Origin: the human T2T-CHM13v2.0 reference genome, Homo sapiens
DNA length: 64,000 bases
Strand: one strand, 5' to 3'
Assembly (NCBI RefSeq): GCF_009914755.1
Contig: NC_060937.1
This document shows positions 1 to 15,867 of the stretch, one piece after another (the first letter of the stretch is position 1; each line of letters starts with the position of its first letter). The notes beneath the pieces are model-generated. The model was not told where the DNA came from. It saw only the letters and a list, made by a program, of their open reading frames with translations, and searched no databases. The position numbers were made by a program, and so were the translations under genes.

Positions 1-131
1 TACTGGCACAGTTGGAGGAAAAGCAAGCACTGCTTTCTTTTTTAATGTTTAAAAACTATACACCGTTTCTTTGAAATATACTCTGGCCATGACATTTTTG
101 TAGGTTAGCCTTAACAATTTCAGGTACTTAC

Positions 132-197
132 TGTGTTCCTTCTCTAGCTTCAGAGTGAAAGGACAAGCTATTTATCACGCTAGGTGGTTCACAGGGC
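132..197 (-). other. Candidate internal exon (66 nt), next to the previous one across a 121-nt GT-AG intron
   Basis: Minus strand: acceptor ccttatttccaccAG|G and donor aca|GTAAGT. Confidence 0.35.
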
Positions 198-318
198 CTG
201 GTGGAAATAAGGCTACCTTATGTTCACCATTTCCATCAAGAACCACAATGTTTGAAAATAATTTGTTGCACAATACATTCTACAAAGACAATGGGGAAAT
301 TGCTAGAATTCTACTTAC

Positions 319-448
319 CACAACATTGAGAATAGTTTCCTTTGTAGAGAGGTCATATTCCTCCAGTAAGAATGAAGGATTTGGGGTTTTTGAGGTGGAT
401 TTCATGATTGACAGCAACATGTAGGAAATGCCACACATCACAGGTAAA
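319..448 (-). other. Candidate internal exon (130 nt) of an unidentified, probably non-coding transcript
   Basis: Minus strand: acceptor tgattctgtctccacAG precedes 448 and donor gtg|GTAAGT follows 319; one frame is open throughout. No transcript evidence. Confidence 0.35.
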
Positions 449-1769
449 CTGTGGAGACAGAATCACATTTTGGTTTCAGATTATTTTTACAATTTTCATT
501 GAAAACATAAATTTTATTGTGTTAATATGTAAACAATATTGACTTGTTATTGGTATGTCATAGGCAAATATCTGTTCATTATTTTCACTGTTAATAAATT
601 GATTTAAGTAAAATAATTAAAATAAGAAGCCACTGGGGGCAGTCTAAAGGGAAGAAACAACCAATTTCAAAGTCATACATAGATTTACAGGAAGGACTTG
701 ACACACTTACTCTAGCGCAGATTATATATATTTGATGAGGAGGTCCACATTGTGGTAGAGATTTGGTGGTCAGTCCTGACCAAACCTTAGAGGGTATTTA
801 TGAGACACCACAAAATAGAGGTTATGGGTTTTTTTTCTGTTTTGTGATCAGTTTGCTTGTTTTAGCACTCAGGGCTTTTTATTTGTTGTTCAATTTTTTG
901 AATTTTTTTAAGTCAGAAAGATCTCTGGGTTATCTCATGTGCTAAGGAAAAACTATTTTGGTTTTTCTAACTTTAATAGTTAGTATTTGTAGGGGAGGCA
1001 ATCAGGAAAAGATATGCCATTAACTGTTAGCAGTGTGAAATCTGTAAGACTTAGTCTCTGTGATCTCAACCAAAGCCTTCTGAGTCCTGGAACTTTGCTT
1101 TGGGACGATCTTACTTTACCCATTTATATGCTGTACTTAACAGTTTGTAGCTAATTTACAGGGGTCATATCTTTTATATCATTCATGAATAGCCTTTTTT
1201 TAAAAAGTAATAATCCCTGTTGAATACAAAAATGGAAATGGAAAATTTATAATCATAACCCCCCTTATAAGTTTGTAATGCTTGAAGCACTACCTCTTAA
1301 GATGATAAATTTATAAATGAGAATTTTGATTTAAACTATTAAACTATTGTTAAATAAACACCAATTCTATAAAAAATTAAGAACACATAATGATTGACAA
1401 AGGATGACAAAAATATACATATTTATAAATATTTTCCAATGTACCCATTTAGCAGATCATAAGTTTATACCTATAGTAGCTAAGGTATAATTACTTTAGT
1501 AAAGTCTTTCCCACTTTAGGTTCTATATATTATACACCTCCATTGAAGTTTCTGTTTCTCTTTCCTAGCACTCATAACAGTACTAATATTTTCTCATCTT
1601 CATCTGCCAAGACTATGTATCTACTTCATTGTCCTGGTTCTCACCTCCTCTCCCTGGTTTCAAAGCCATGCATAGATTTCAGGGACTATCACAAGCAAAT
1701 CCCTGATGGAACATTGAATCACACATTCTTCAGTCAACCCAACTAAACATAAAAAGTCTGTAAAAAGGT

Positions 1770-1985
1770 CTGAGCTGCCACTCAAGAGACAGAGTTTGCA
1801 GTTTTATCCCTGTTTATTTCTGGTTTAATAATAAAAACTATAATTTTCAAAGCATAGTGCTGAATTCAGAGTAATCACAATATAATATTCACAATATCCG
1901 GGCAAGATCAGAAATTGCTCAACATAAAAAAAGAAAAATATTAGCGATTCTCAAGAGAAAAAACATCAAAAAAGAGTAACACTAG
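1770..1985 (+). mobile_element. Old L1M 5'/ORF1-proximal fragment
   Basis: 'ttcacaatatccgggcaagatcagaaattgctcaacata...attctcaagagaaaaaacatcaa' resembles old L1M 5'-end consensus; boundaries approximate. Confidence 0.45.
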
Positions 1986-1986
1986 G

Positions 1987-2523
1987 TGTATTTGTCAAGG
2001 TTCTCTAGAGGGTCAGAACTAATAAGATAGATGTATATATGAAAGGGATTTTGTTAAGGAGTATTGACTCATGCCATCACAAGGTGAACTACCACAATAG
2101 GCCATCTGTAAGCTTTGGAGCAAGGAAGCCAGTCCAAGTCCCAAAAGTAGGGAAGCCAACAGTGCAGCCTTCAGTCTGTGGGTGAAGGCCCAAGAACCCC
2201 TGGCAAATCACAGGCTAAGTCCAAGAGTTCAAAAGCTGAAGAACTTGCAGTCTAATATTCAAGGGCAGGAAGCATCCAGTACAGGAGAAAGATGAAGACT
2301 GGAAGACTCAGCAAGTCTGCTCTTCCATCTTCTTCTGCCTGCTTTATTCTAGCTGTGCTGGCAATTGATTAGATGATGCCCACTCAGATTGAGGGTGGGT
2401 CTGCCTCTCCCAGTCCACTGACTCAAATGTTAATCTCCTTTGGCAACACCCTCACAGACAAACAGAAATAATACTTAACATCCTTCAATCCAATCAAGTT
2501 TACACTCAGCATTAACCATCATA
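1987..2523 (-). mobile_element. MLT2A2-like solo LTR (ERVL)
   Basis: Reverse complement matches MLT2A 'GATGGTTAAT...GAGTG..AACTTGATTGGATTGAAGGATG...GAGGGTGTTGCCAAAGGAGATTAACATTTGAGTCAGTGGACTGGGAGAGGCAGACCCACCC' and ends '...CTCTAGAGAACC.TGAC.AATACA'. Confidence 0.9.
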
Positions 2524-3835
2524 CTTTAACTTTCAGCTTCCTCTCTAGTAAACAAATCTAGATAAGGAAATACAAAGATAGGCATATCTTTGACTGGTAT
2601 GGCATTACTTGAGAAATTTCTTTGTAAAATTTCATTGATTTTTTTTTCATCAACAGTAAAAATGTTGACTGCCTTCACCCTAATGAGTATTGAATCTAGT
2701 CTCAAATTCAATTTAGTTGCCTTCTCAGCTCTTTCATTCTGTGACTGTAGACTGATGCAATGTGTTTTGTTTAGCTATACTTTCATGCTCCTTCCTGCAA
2801 TTAGATTATAGGTATTATAGCCTATATTCATGCATCATTTTCTACTGCTTTTAATCAAACTATCATTTAATTGTTCATATACTCTTCTTTTTTTACAATG
2901 ACCTGTGTCTGATTTGTTGATGCTAGACAGAAAATCAAATGATAAATTTGGAGCTAAAGTGTAAAGTACAATATAACATTGTTTTAAGAGACAGATTATG
3001 AAATAAAGTTAGGAGGTAATCTCTAGGAATAAACCCCTTGTAATTAAGAGCAAACATGAAGTAGATTACTCTGTAGTAGTACCACTTCCTACGTGGAGGT
3101 TCGAATCGAGTTGAAATTGGAAAGAATTCTGAAGTGTAGAAATGGTTGCAGAGTTTTCTCTTTCTATTTAGTCTTCACTATTCAACCCTTTTGGCCTTGG
3201 CAGAAGGTATCAATTGGCACTAAGGACATTAACAAATATCCATATCTAATATCTGTGCTACATCAAGCCTTGTGCTAAAAGGCCTCGGCTACATATATTT
3301 TGATCTTAGAACTAACATATGTGTTCCTCTGTTTCACAAAACAGGAATTGAAAAGTAACTCAATGGAAAAAGTTGGGTCCAGATGACTTATAAACAGTAA
3401 TGTTTGTAAAAATGTAAATGTCATATGCACCATCTCACAATTCAAAAATTTTGTGGAAAAGCCAAAACTCAATACTTACGTATAGAATAGAGTTTTCTTT
3501 TTGTATTGTCAAATTTTTTGATTGTTAAGAAATAAAAGTTTGCTATAGCTATCTTAAGCAGAAGTAGACTTTATTGGAACTCAAAATAAGTTAGATTGTC
3601 AGGCTTGTGAAATGGGCAGAAACCATGGAAACGTGGTGGGATAAAAAAGCACGAAGCAGAAACAACCTAGCCAATATAACACCACCCTAACTTCAGGATA
3701 TAATTAACGCTGCTTGCACAAATGTAAACCTGCACCTCTTGCCTCACACTTAACTCTGGAGGAACATTGTCTGACCCTGACTAGGTCACGTTTCTATCCT
3801 CTGGACAAAGCAGACAGCAAAAAATTACAGATCTT

Positions 3836-4139
3836 GGCCGGGCGCAATGGCTCACGTCTGTAATTCCAGAACTTTGGGAGGCCGAGGCAGGGGATTACCT
3901 AAGGTTGGGAGATGGAGACCAGCCTGGCCAACATGGTAAAACCCCCTCTCTACTAAAAATATAAAAATTAGCCAGGCATGTGGTGGCAGGTGCCTGTAAT
4001 CCCAGCTACTCAAGAGGCTTAGGCAAAATAATCGCTTGAGCCCTGGAGGTGGAGGTGGCAGTGAGCCAAGATTGTGCCCCATTGCACGCCAGCCTGGGCA
4101 ACAGAACAAGACTCTGTCTCAGAAAAAAAAAAAAAAAAA
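3836..4139 (+). mobile_element. Full-length AluS
   Basis: GGCCGGGCGC start, two arms, A tail; TSD attacagatctt at 3824-3835 and 4143-4154. Confidence 0.95.
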
Positions 4140-5138
4140 GCCATTACAGATCTTGGCTTCTGTGATGGGAAGCATGAAACACATACTTGGGACAACACAG
4201 ACTAATTACAGCATATTACAGAAAAATGAAAAGTATACATATATTTAGAAAATGTTAGAAATGTCCAGAAATTAGTTTCTTACTGATAATTATATTGTAG
4301 TATGTTTAAATATAAATAAAGTTTTTGAAAATTTCTTGGCTCTGTATCATTCTTCTCAAATCCCTGGGGCAGACCACGGAGATGACTGTCCTTTATTCTG
4401 GATAAATAAATATGCACGGTGCATTCTAGATACCGCATCTTAGAGAAAGAATATGGTAAATATTTGTAATAATGACTACAACACAACCTATCCTCATTTT
4501 TTCTCACTTTCAAACCTGCAAATAAGAGTCACTTCTCCATGATTTGAACAATTCCTTCTCCATTTCATCTCATTTTGAGACCAGATTCCTGATTGAAAAT
4601 GCATTGTGCTACAGAAAATGAATGAATGAATGAATAAGACTCTAAGGAATAATATACGAGTTTGTCTTGTCTCTTTAGAGCTAGAGAATTTCGAGTATTG
4701 TTTCTTGACCACATTTTCAAAGGTTCTATATTCTTTTAGTTGAAGGCCTTCACCTACTCTACTTCCCAGTTGTTTCTCAGTCATCCACCTGGATAAATGC
4801 TGATTGCATAACATGGCATAGCATCAATTTTATTTCATAAATGTAAAAAACAATTATGTTATAAACATATGAGAAAATGAAATTGAATTGATGAAAATTT
4901 TAATTCAAGTTATTCCTTTATGTATCCAATATCCCTCTGCTTTGTAAGGCAAAATCCTTAATTTAGAAAGTAACATTAATGAGTAGATTTTAAACAAGCT
5001 GTTACATTAGCAAGATTCTGTTCTCAGTACCGTGATTTATCTTACCTACGACCTAGGTCAGATTACATAAAACAGTACTTCAAGGGTGCTATAATCTGTT
5101 TTTCAAGCCAATCTTTTGAGCACAAAGTGTAGTACTGA

Positions 5139-5551
5139 TGATATGATGTGAATGTTTGTTTCCCTAAATCTCATGTTGAAATGCAACGCCCAGCATTGGT
5201 GGAAAGACACAGGATCATGGGGGTGGCTTTCTTATGAATGGTTTAGTACCTTCCCTTTGCTGCTGTTCTCATGATAGTGAGTGTGTTCTCATGAGATTTG
5301 ATGGTTTAAAAGTGTGTGACACCTCCCTTCCTTCATTGTCTCTCTTTGCTCCTGCTCTGACCATGTGAAATGCTGGATCCCCCTTTGCCTTCTGTCGTGA
5401 TTGTAAATTTCCTGAGGCCTCCCCAGAAGCCAAATAGATGCCAGCATCGTACTTCCTGTATAGCCTGTGGAACTGTGAGCCAGTTAAATCTCTTTAAAAA
5501 TGACCCAGTCTCAGGTATTTATTTATTGCAATGTGAGAATGGACTAATGCA
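5139..5551 (+). mobile_element. MSTB-like solo LTR (MaLR)
   Basis: TGATATG start, 'aaatctcatgttgaaatg', 'cctgaggcctccccagaagc', 'aactgtgagcca', ends 'ggactaatgca'. Confidence 0.85.
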
Positions 5552-6019
5552 ATCAAGTGAAATTTGAGAGAGAAGTGTAACATTGGAAAAAGCAGTGACA
5601 GAAAATCAAAAGCCTGAATTCTATATTTGTATATGTTTGTAAGAGAAAGAAAAAAAGGACTGAATAACTGAAAGACAGTCTTTACAACCTCAATGGAAGT
5701 TATAATGTATTAATAGTAATAATACCCATGATAGTATATATACAACTTTAAAATTCCAAAATTGAGTAAATATGAAACTGTATACTTCATAACCATTGCA
5801 GTATTTTCATCCAGTGTTCTCTGTAAAAACAGTTTTGCTCTATAAGTGTTATATAAGGGCCAAACATTAGGTGGTTAATAAATAAGAATCCTAAAATAGG
5901 CTAAGATGTATTACCATATAATTTTCCAAAGGGTCTGTATAAGTTTAAAATTCCATTTTATTTATCGGCCATCTTGTTATAGCTATTTGGAAGGGTATTT
6001 TGCAGGTATAATTGATCTA

Positions 6020-6655
6020 AAGATTATATTAATCATTCTTAAGTTTTCACAATCTACTTAGATTTAATATTGTATCATATCACATATAATATAGCAACCA
6101 TGAAATCCTATGGGTCCATTAACTAAGCCCCAGTCTGTAATTCATGCTATAGTTATCTTATGGAACCTGTCTACATATATTAGAAACTCACCACTCCCAT
6201 ACACAAACAAACTATGACATTTTTAAAAACATTCTTTCTGCTTTTAAAGAAATGAAAAGAAAAAGTATATTTTATGTGTATCTAGGTATATCTCATCTTT
6301 TGTTATCTTTATTTCTCCAGATCTTAGATCTTCATGAAGATCTGGTATTATTTTCTTACAATGTAGAATGTCCATTAGTGTATCTTGAGGTGAAAATTTG
6401 CTGTCAATAAATTCTCTAAGCTTTGGCTTATCTAAGAATCTGTTTATTTCACCTACTGTTTCAATGATATTTTTGCTGAATATTGACTTCTGAGTTTACA
6501 GGTTATTTTTCTCTCCATGCATTGAAGAGGCTGGTCTACTATCTTCTGACCTTTATGATTTTTGATGAATATTTACTGGTAATCTAAATTTTTCTTCCTT
6601 TATGTGTATTATGGCATTTTCTCTATTTTTACAATATTGTATTTATATTTTTTTT
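6020..6655 (-). mobile_element. Old L1M (inter-ORF/ORF1) fragment, interrupted by the L1PA and resuming at 11677
   Basis: Typical antisense old-L1 motifs ('ctgtcaataaattctctaagctttggcttatct', 'gatatttttgctgaatat', 'cttctgacctttatgatttttgatga'). Confidence 0.6.
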
Positions 6656-6726
6656 AATTTAAACTTGCAACAAATAAGGCTTCAGACGATCAAACTACTC
6701 CGAGCTACAGGAGGAAATTCAAACCA

Positions 6727-7550
6727 ATGGCAAAGAAGTTAAAAGCTTTGAAAAAAAAATTAGACGAATGGATAACTAGAATAACCAATGCAGAGAAGTC
6801 CTTAAAGGACCTGATGGAGCTGAAAACCAAGGCACGAGAGCTACGTGATGAATGCAGAAGCCTCAGTAGCCAATGCGATCAACTGGAAGAAAGGGTATCA
6901 CTGATGGAAGAAGAAATGAATGAAATGAAGCAAGAAGAGGAGTTTAGAGAAAAAAGAATAAAAAGAAATGAACAAAGCCTCCAAGAAATATGGGACTATG
7001 TGAAAAGACCAAATCTACGTCTGATTGGTGTACCGGAAAGTGACAGGGAGAATGGAACCAAGTTGGAAAACAATCTGCAGGACATTATCCAGGAGAACTT
7101 CCCAAATCTAGCAAGGCAGGCCAACATTCAAATTCAGGAAATACAGACAATGCCACAGAGACACTCCTCGAGAAGAGCAACTCCAAGACACATAATTGTC
7201 AGATTCACCAAAGTTGAAATGAAGGAAAAAATGTTAAGGGCAGCCAGAGAGAAAGGTCGGGTTACCCTCAAAGGGAAGCCCATCAGACTAACAGCTGATC
7301 TCTCGGCAGAAACTCTACAAGCCAGAAGAGAGTGGGGACCAATATTCAACATTATTAAAGAATTTTCAACCCAGAATTTCATATCCAGGCAAACTAAGCT
7401 TCATAAGGAGAAATAAAATACTTTACAGACAAGCAATGCTGAGAGATTTTGTCACCACCAGGCCTGCCCTAAAAGAGCTCCTGAAGGAAGCACTAAACAT
7501 GGAAAGGAACAATTGGTACCAGCCACAGCAAAAACATGCCAAATTGTAAA
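6727..7550 (+). pseudogene. L1 ORF1p remnant (N-terminus missing, frameshifted near 7360-7440)
   Basis: ORF 6727-7416 contains ORF1p motifs EIWDYVKRPNLRLIGVPE, ENFPNLARQ and PIRLTADLSAETLQARREWG, then shifts frame. Confidence 0.9.
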
Positions 7551-7609
7551 GACCATCGAGGCTAGGAAGAGACTGCATCAACTAAGGAGCAAAATAACCA
7601 GCTAACATC

Positions 7610-11430
<3,821 letters not shown>

Positions 11431-11676
11431 ACAATGAGAACACATGGACACAGGAAGGGGAACATCACACACCGGGGACTGTTGTGGGGTGGGGGGAGGG
11501 GGGAGTGATAGCATTAGGAGATATACCTAATGCTAAATGATGAGTTAATGGGTGCAGCACACCAACATGGCACATGTATACATATGTAACAAACCTGCAT
11601 GTTTGCACATGTACCCTAAAACTTAAAGTCCAATAATGATAAAATTAAAAAATAAAATAAAATAAAATAAACTTGC

Positions 11677-12198
11677 TCTAATTTTTAGGCAAAGCCATAG
11701 TTTACTTTGTATTCATAATGTCTTAGGTTTGCTGAGCTTTTCAATTATGAAAATTTATATTCTTTATCAAATTGTGGATTTTTTTGGCCACTGTTCTTCA
11801 GATTTTTCCTTTCTTATTCTTTCTCTCTTTTTGTTAGGAACTTTAATTATGCATATGTGAGTTCCTTAGATGATGTCTCAAAGATCTCTTAGGCTCTGCT
11901 TCTTTTTATTTAAATGTTTTTTTTCTTCTTCCAATTAGATGATTTTAGTTTATTCATCTTAAAGTTAACTGCATCTGTTCTGTAATAACTGTTCTAAATA
12001 AATCTATTTAGTTATTATTTTTTACCCAATGTATTACATTTTAAGCTCTGAAATTTTCCGTTTTTTTATGGTTTCTATTTTTATGCAGACCTTTTGTATC
12101 TTCTCTATCATTGAAAGCATTTTTTTTACATTATCGAGAAAAATAATGATAGCTATTTTAAAATTCTTCTTTGCTAATTTTAACATCTGCATAACCCC
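11677..12198 (-). mobile_element. Old L1M ORF1 fragment (continuation of 6020-6655)
   Basis: 'ggtttgctgagctttt', 'ttatcaaattgtggatttttttggccactgttcttcagattttt', 'atagctattttaaaattcttctttgctaattttaacatctg'. Confidence 0.6.
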
Positions 12199-12199
12199 G

Positions 12200-13544
12200 T
12201 GATATGGTTTGGCTTTGTCTCCACCCAAATCTCATCTTGTATTGTAGCTCCCATAATTCTCATGTGTCATGAGAGGGACCCAGTGGGAGGTAATTGAATC
12301 ATGGAGGCAGGTATTTCCCATGCTGCTCTCATGGTAGTGAATATGTCTCACCAGAACTGATGGTTTCTTAAAAGGGTAGCTCCCCTGCACAGGCTCTTAC
12401 CTGCCACCATGTAAGACATGCCTTTGCTTTACCTTTGCCTTCTGCCATGATCGTGAGGGCTCCCCAACCATGTAGAACTGTGAATCCTTTAAAGTTATTT
12501 TTCCTTATAAATTATTCAGTCTCAGGTATTTCTTCAGAGCTGTATGAAAATGGACTAATACAGTAAATGGGTACCAGTAGAGTGGGGTACTGCTATTAGG
12601 ACCCAAAAATGTGGAGAGGACTTTGGACCTGGGTAACAAGCAGAGGTTGGAACAATTCAGAGGACTCAGAGGAAGACAGAAAAATGTGGGAAACTTTGGA
12701 ACTTCTGCACCATGCACCTGGAAAAGCCATAGACACTCAAGGCCAGCCTGTAAAAGCAGCAAGAATGGGGAGCCACAGGGAGGGAGCTGCCCAAGGCTGT
12801 GGGAACCCACCTCTGCATGACCTGGATGTTAAACATGGAGCCAAAAGAGATCATTTCAAAGCTTTAAGATTTGACTGCCCTGCTGGATTTCAGACTTGCA
12901 CAGGCCCTTAGCCCCTTCATTTTAGCCAATTTCTCCCATTTGGAATGGGTGTATTTATCCAATGCCTGTACCCCCACTGTATCTAAGAAGTTAACTAACC
13001 TGCTTTGATTTTATAGGCTCATCAATGGAAGGCATTTGCCTTATCTCAAATGAGTCTTTGGAGTTGGACTTTTTAGTCCAACTCATGTTGAAATGAGTTA
13101 AGACTTTGGGGGACTATTGGCAAGGCATGATTGGTTTTGAAATGTGAGGACCTGAGATCTGGGAGAAGCCAGGGTGGAAAGATACAGTTTATTTGTGTCC
13201 CCACCCAAATCTTATCTTGAATTATATCTCCCATAATCCCCATGTTTCAAGGGAGGGACCCAGTGAGAGGTAATTGAATCATGGGGGCAGGTATTTCCCA
13301 TGCTGTTCCCCTGATAGTGAATAAGTCTCACGAGAACTGATGGTTTTATTAAAAGGGCAGTTCCCTGCACATGCTCTCTTACCTGCCACCATGTAAGACA
13401 TACCTTTGCTCCTCCTTCACCTTCCACCATGATTGTGAGGCCTCCCCAACCATGTGAAACTGTGAGTCCATCAAAGCTGTTTTTCCTTGTAAAGTACTTA
13501 GTCTTGGGTATTTCTTCATAGCAGTACAAAAATGGACTAATATA
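12200..13544 (+). mobile_element. THE1 (B/C-like) MaLR provirus with ~1 kb internal deletion: LTRs 12200-12562 and 13180-13544
   Basis: Two LTRs (TGATATGGTTTGG...GGACTAATACA type) flank THE1-int, which starts 'gtaaatgggtaccagtagagtgggg' and jumps at ~12705. Confidence 0.92.
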
Positions 13545-15014
13545 CAAGGCAAATATACTAATGATAATGACCAATGTACGTTTTATGGTAAACAATTTGT
13601 GGCCAAAACAAAACAGGAAAATGAGAAATAATGTCTGCTAGATATGATTCTCCTAAAAAAAAATTATGCATTATTTAAGTTGTAGCACACATTTTGTGGC
13701 TAGCTCATTACCTTCGCTATAGTGAAATATGTATCTTCTAGATGTTTAATAAGAAGACAATTCTTATAGCTGCTTATAATTATAATTTATCTTTATGAAA
13801 AATTAGTTTCAATGAGTATTCAAATAATTTTAAATGTCTTGTATTTTATAATTTTGTATTTGTACAATATGTAAATTATTGTATTCATATTTTAATTGCT
13901 TTGTTTTTTAAATATAAACTGAAAGCTAACATGTCAACATCAAAATCAATTTTCAAAATAGTAATAGAATGCATTAGCATCATTAATAATTATTAGTTAA
14001 TAGGATTTGTTTTCTATGTCAAAAACACGTTTATAATTTATATGAATTTGTTAGCAAAATTATATATTCTATTTCTTTTCACTATTAATATAACTATTAA
14101 TTATAGTTCCTACAAATTAACATCCATGTGACAATGTATCCTAAAAATCTCATGTAGTCCATTACTTATCAAAAAACTTTTAAAATTGTTTTACATTTTT
14201 TCAGTTTAAAAATTTTATGAAAAGAGAACAGATAAATTCCTACTGTATTGTATAAATAGAAGTTCCATAAGGAAGTTTTAAGGGATGAATAACTTTTTAT
14301 CAGCATAACTTAAAATGAAGGTCACAGTATTTTACAGATATGTAAGAAGAAATCCTTCACAGACTCCATCACTATGATGTCCAGGATGAGGACATGCTAG
14401 GAAATTAAAAGGAGAATTAAGTATCTTTTTCAAAAAGGAATTACAATGTAGATGAGGAGTAAAAAATACACACATGAGGCAGTTAAGTAGAAATATAAGG
14501 TAAATATGCTAAAGCTATTTTATGCAGATGATTTTAAGTGCAAATGAAAGTCTTGAGAAAAGACTCAATGAAGCATATGGGTCTGGAGATAAGCCAAGCT
14601 CTATTGAGAAGGCCAATGAAAAGAGAAGTGCCAGGCTGTTCTAGAGCAATGTGAAGAAATTAATCAAGTCTAGAGAGCAAATGTATGTAATTTTCTGTGG
14701 TCCTGGAGCAAAAAGAAAGAGATTTAAATGTACAACAGAGGTCTTCAGAGTCTCTAACAACTCTACGTACATCATGTATAGACTTTCTATGTATGCAGTT
14801 TTGTTAGAGAGTTGAGTAACCCTGATTCTTAGCTGTAATAATTAATGGATGATTGAAAGAACTTTGACAAAAGTAAATGTAAATAAATATAAATATATAT
14901 ATATGTATGAGATCAAGTTATCATTGTTAACATAATATAATGGAGATTCTGCACCTATAGAAAATGTGCCTTAATATTACTGCTTTCTGAGGTGCTTAAA
15001 AAGCAAAGATAGGG

Positions 15015-15380
15015 TTTATACAATTTGAAAGTTTATATCCCCCCTAAATTTATATGGGGAATCCTAATCCCCAGCATCATTGTAATGGGAAGGTGAAGTC
15101 TTTGGAAAGTGATCAGAAGTAAGGATTTTGGGTAAACCCCTCATGAAGGTGATTAGTTACCCAAAGTGTCCCCAGGGATCTGCTTTGCCTCTTCCACCAT
15201 GTGAGAACTCAGTGAGAAGGGGCTATCTATAAGAAACTGAGTCCTTGCCAGACACTGAGTCTGTCAGTATTTTGATCTTGAAATTTTCAGTGTCTAGAAC
15301 TGTAACAAATGTATTTCTGCTGTTTACAAGCTACCCAGTTAATGGTATTTTGATTTATTAACCTGGATATATTTAAATAG
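15015..15380 (+). mobile_element. MLT1A-like solo LTR
   Basis: 'atcctaatccccagc', 'cttccaccatgtgagaactcagtgagaagg', 'ccagacactgagtctg..ttgatcttg', 'aagctacccagttaatggtatttt'. Confidence 0.75.
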
Positions 15381-15867
15381 GGGCTACTAAAATTATTATG
15401 AATTTAGATGAAGATAGAGGCATACTTTCCACATTTTCTATAGAAATAGCATACTTGTTTTAATTATAGAAATTATGTATTTTAATGCATTCACAGTATA
15501 AGTCTAATTGTTACAATTCTAGTCACAATGAGTAATAGCCTTTTACTTAAATAAGATAATAAGACAAGTAATCTCAGTGTTTAGTTTGTTTTGTAATGTT
15601 GTAGAGCTTAGGAAAGGAAATCTGGGTATGAATGACTTTGATCCCTCCATTATTCACAAAGTGGAAGAAGAAGAGTCTAGCTGTTATTTTAGCACTATTG
15701 TCCCTGTGGTTTATTATAAAGTCATTTTAAATGAGTCTTTAAAACAAAAACTAAAGAGGAAATCTTTTTAAATTTTAAAAAAACCTTAAAAATAACTTTA
15801 AAAAATTATTTGAAAGTCAATATTTATCTTGCAGGAAAATATAAAATAAAGGGAAAAAAAAGCCTGT

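Noticed and set aside
155-424. 89-aa plus-strand ORF
   Set aside because: GTG start, no recognisable domain, and the stronger splice signals here are on the opposite strand.
3098-3107. GGTTCGAATC, a Pol III B-box/tRNA T-loop-like motif
   Set aside because: No A-box at suitable spacing, no T-stem pairing or cloverleaf; likely chance.
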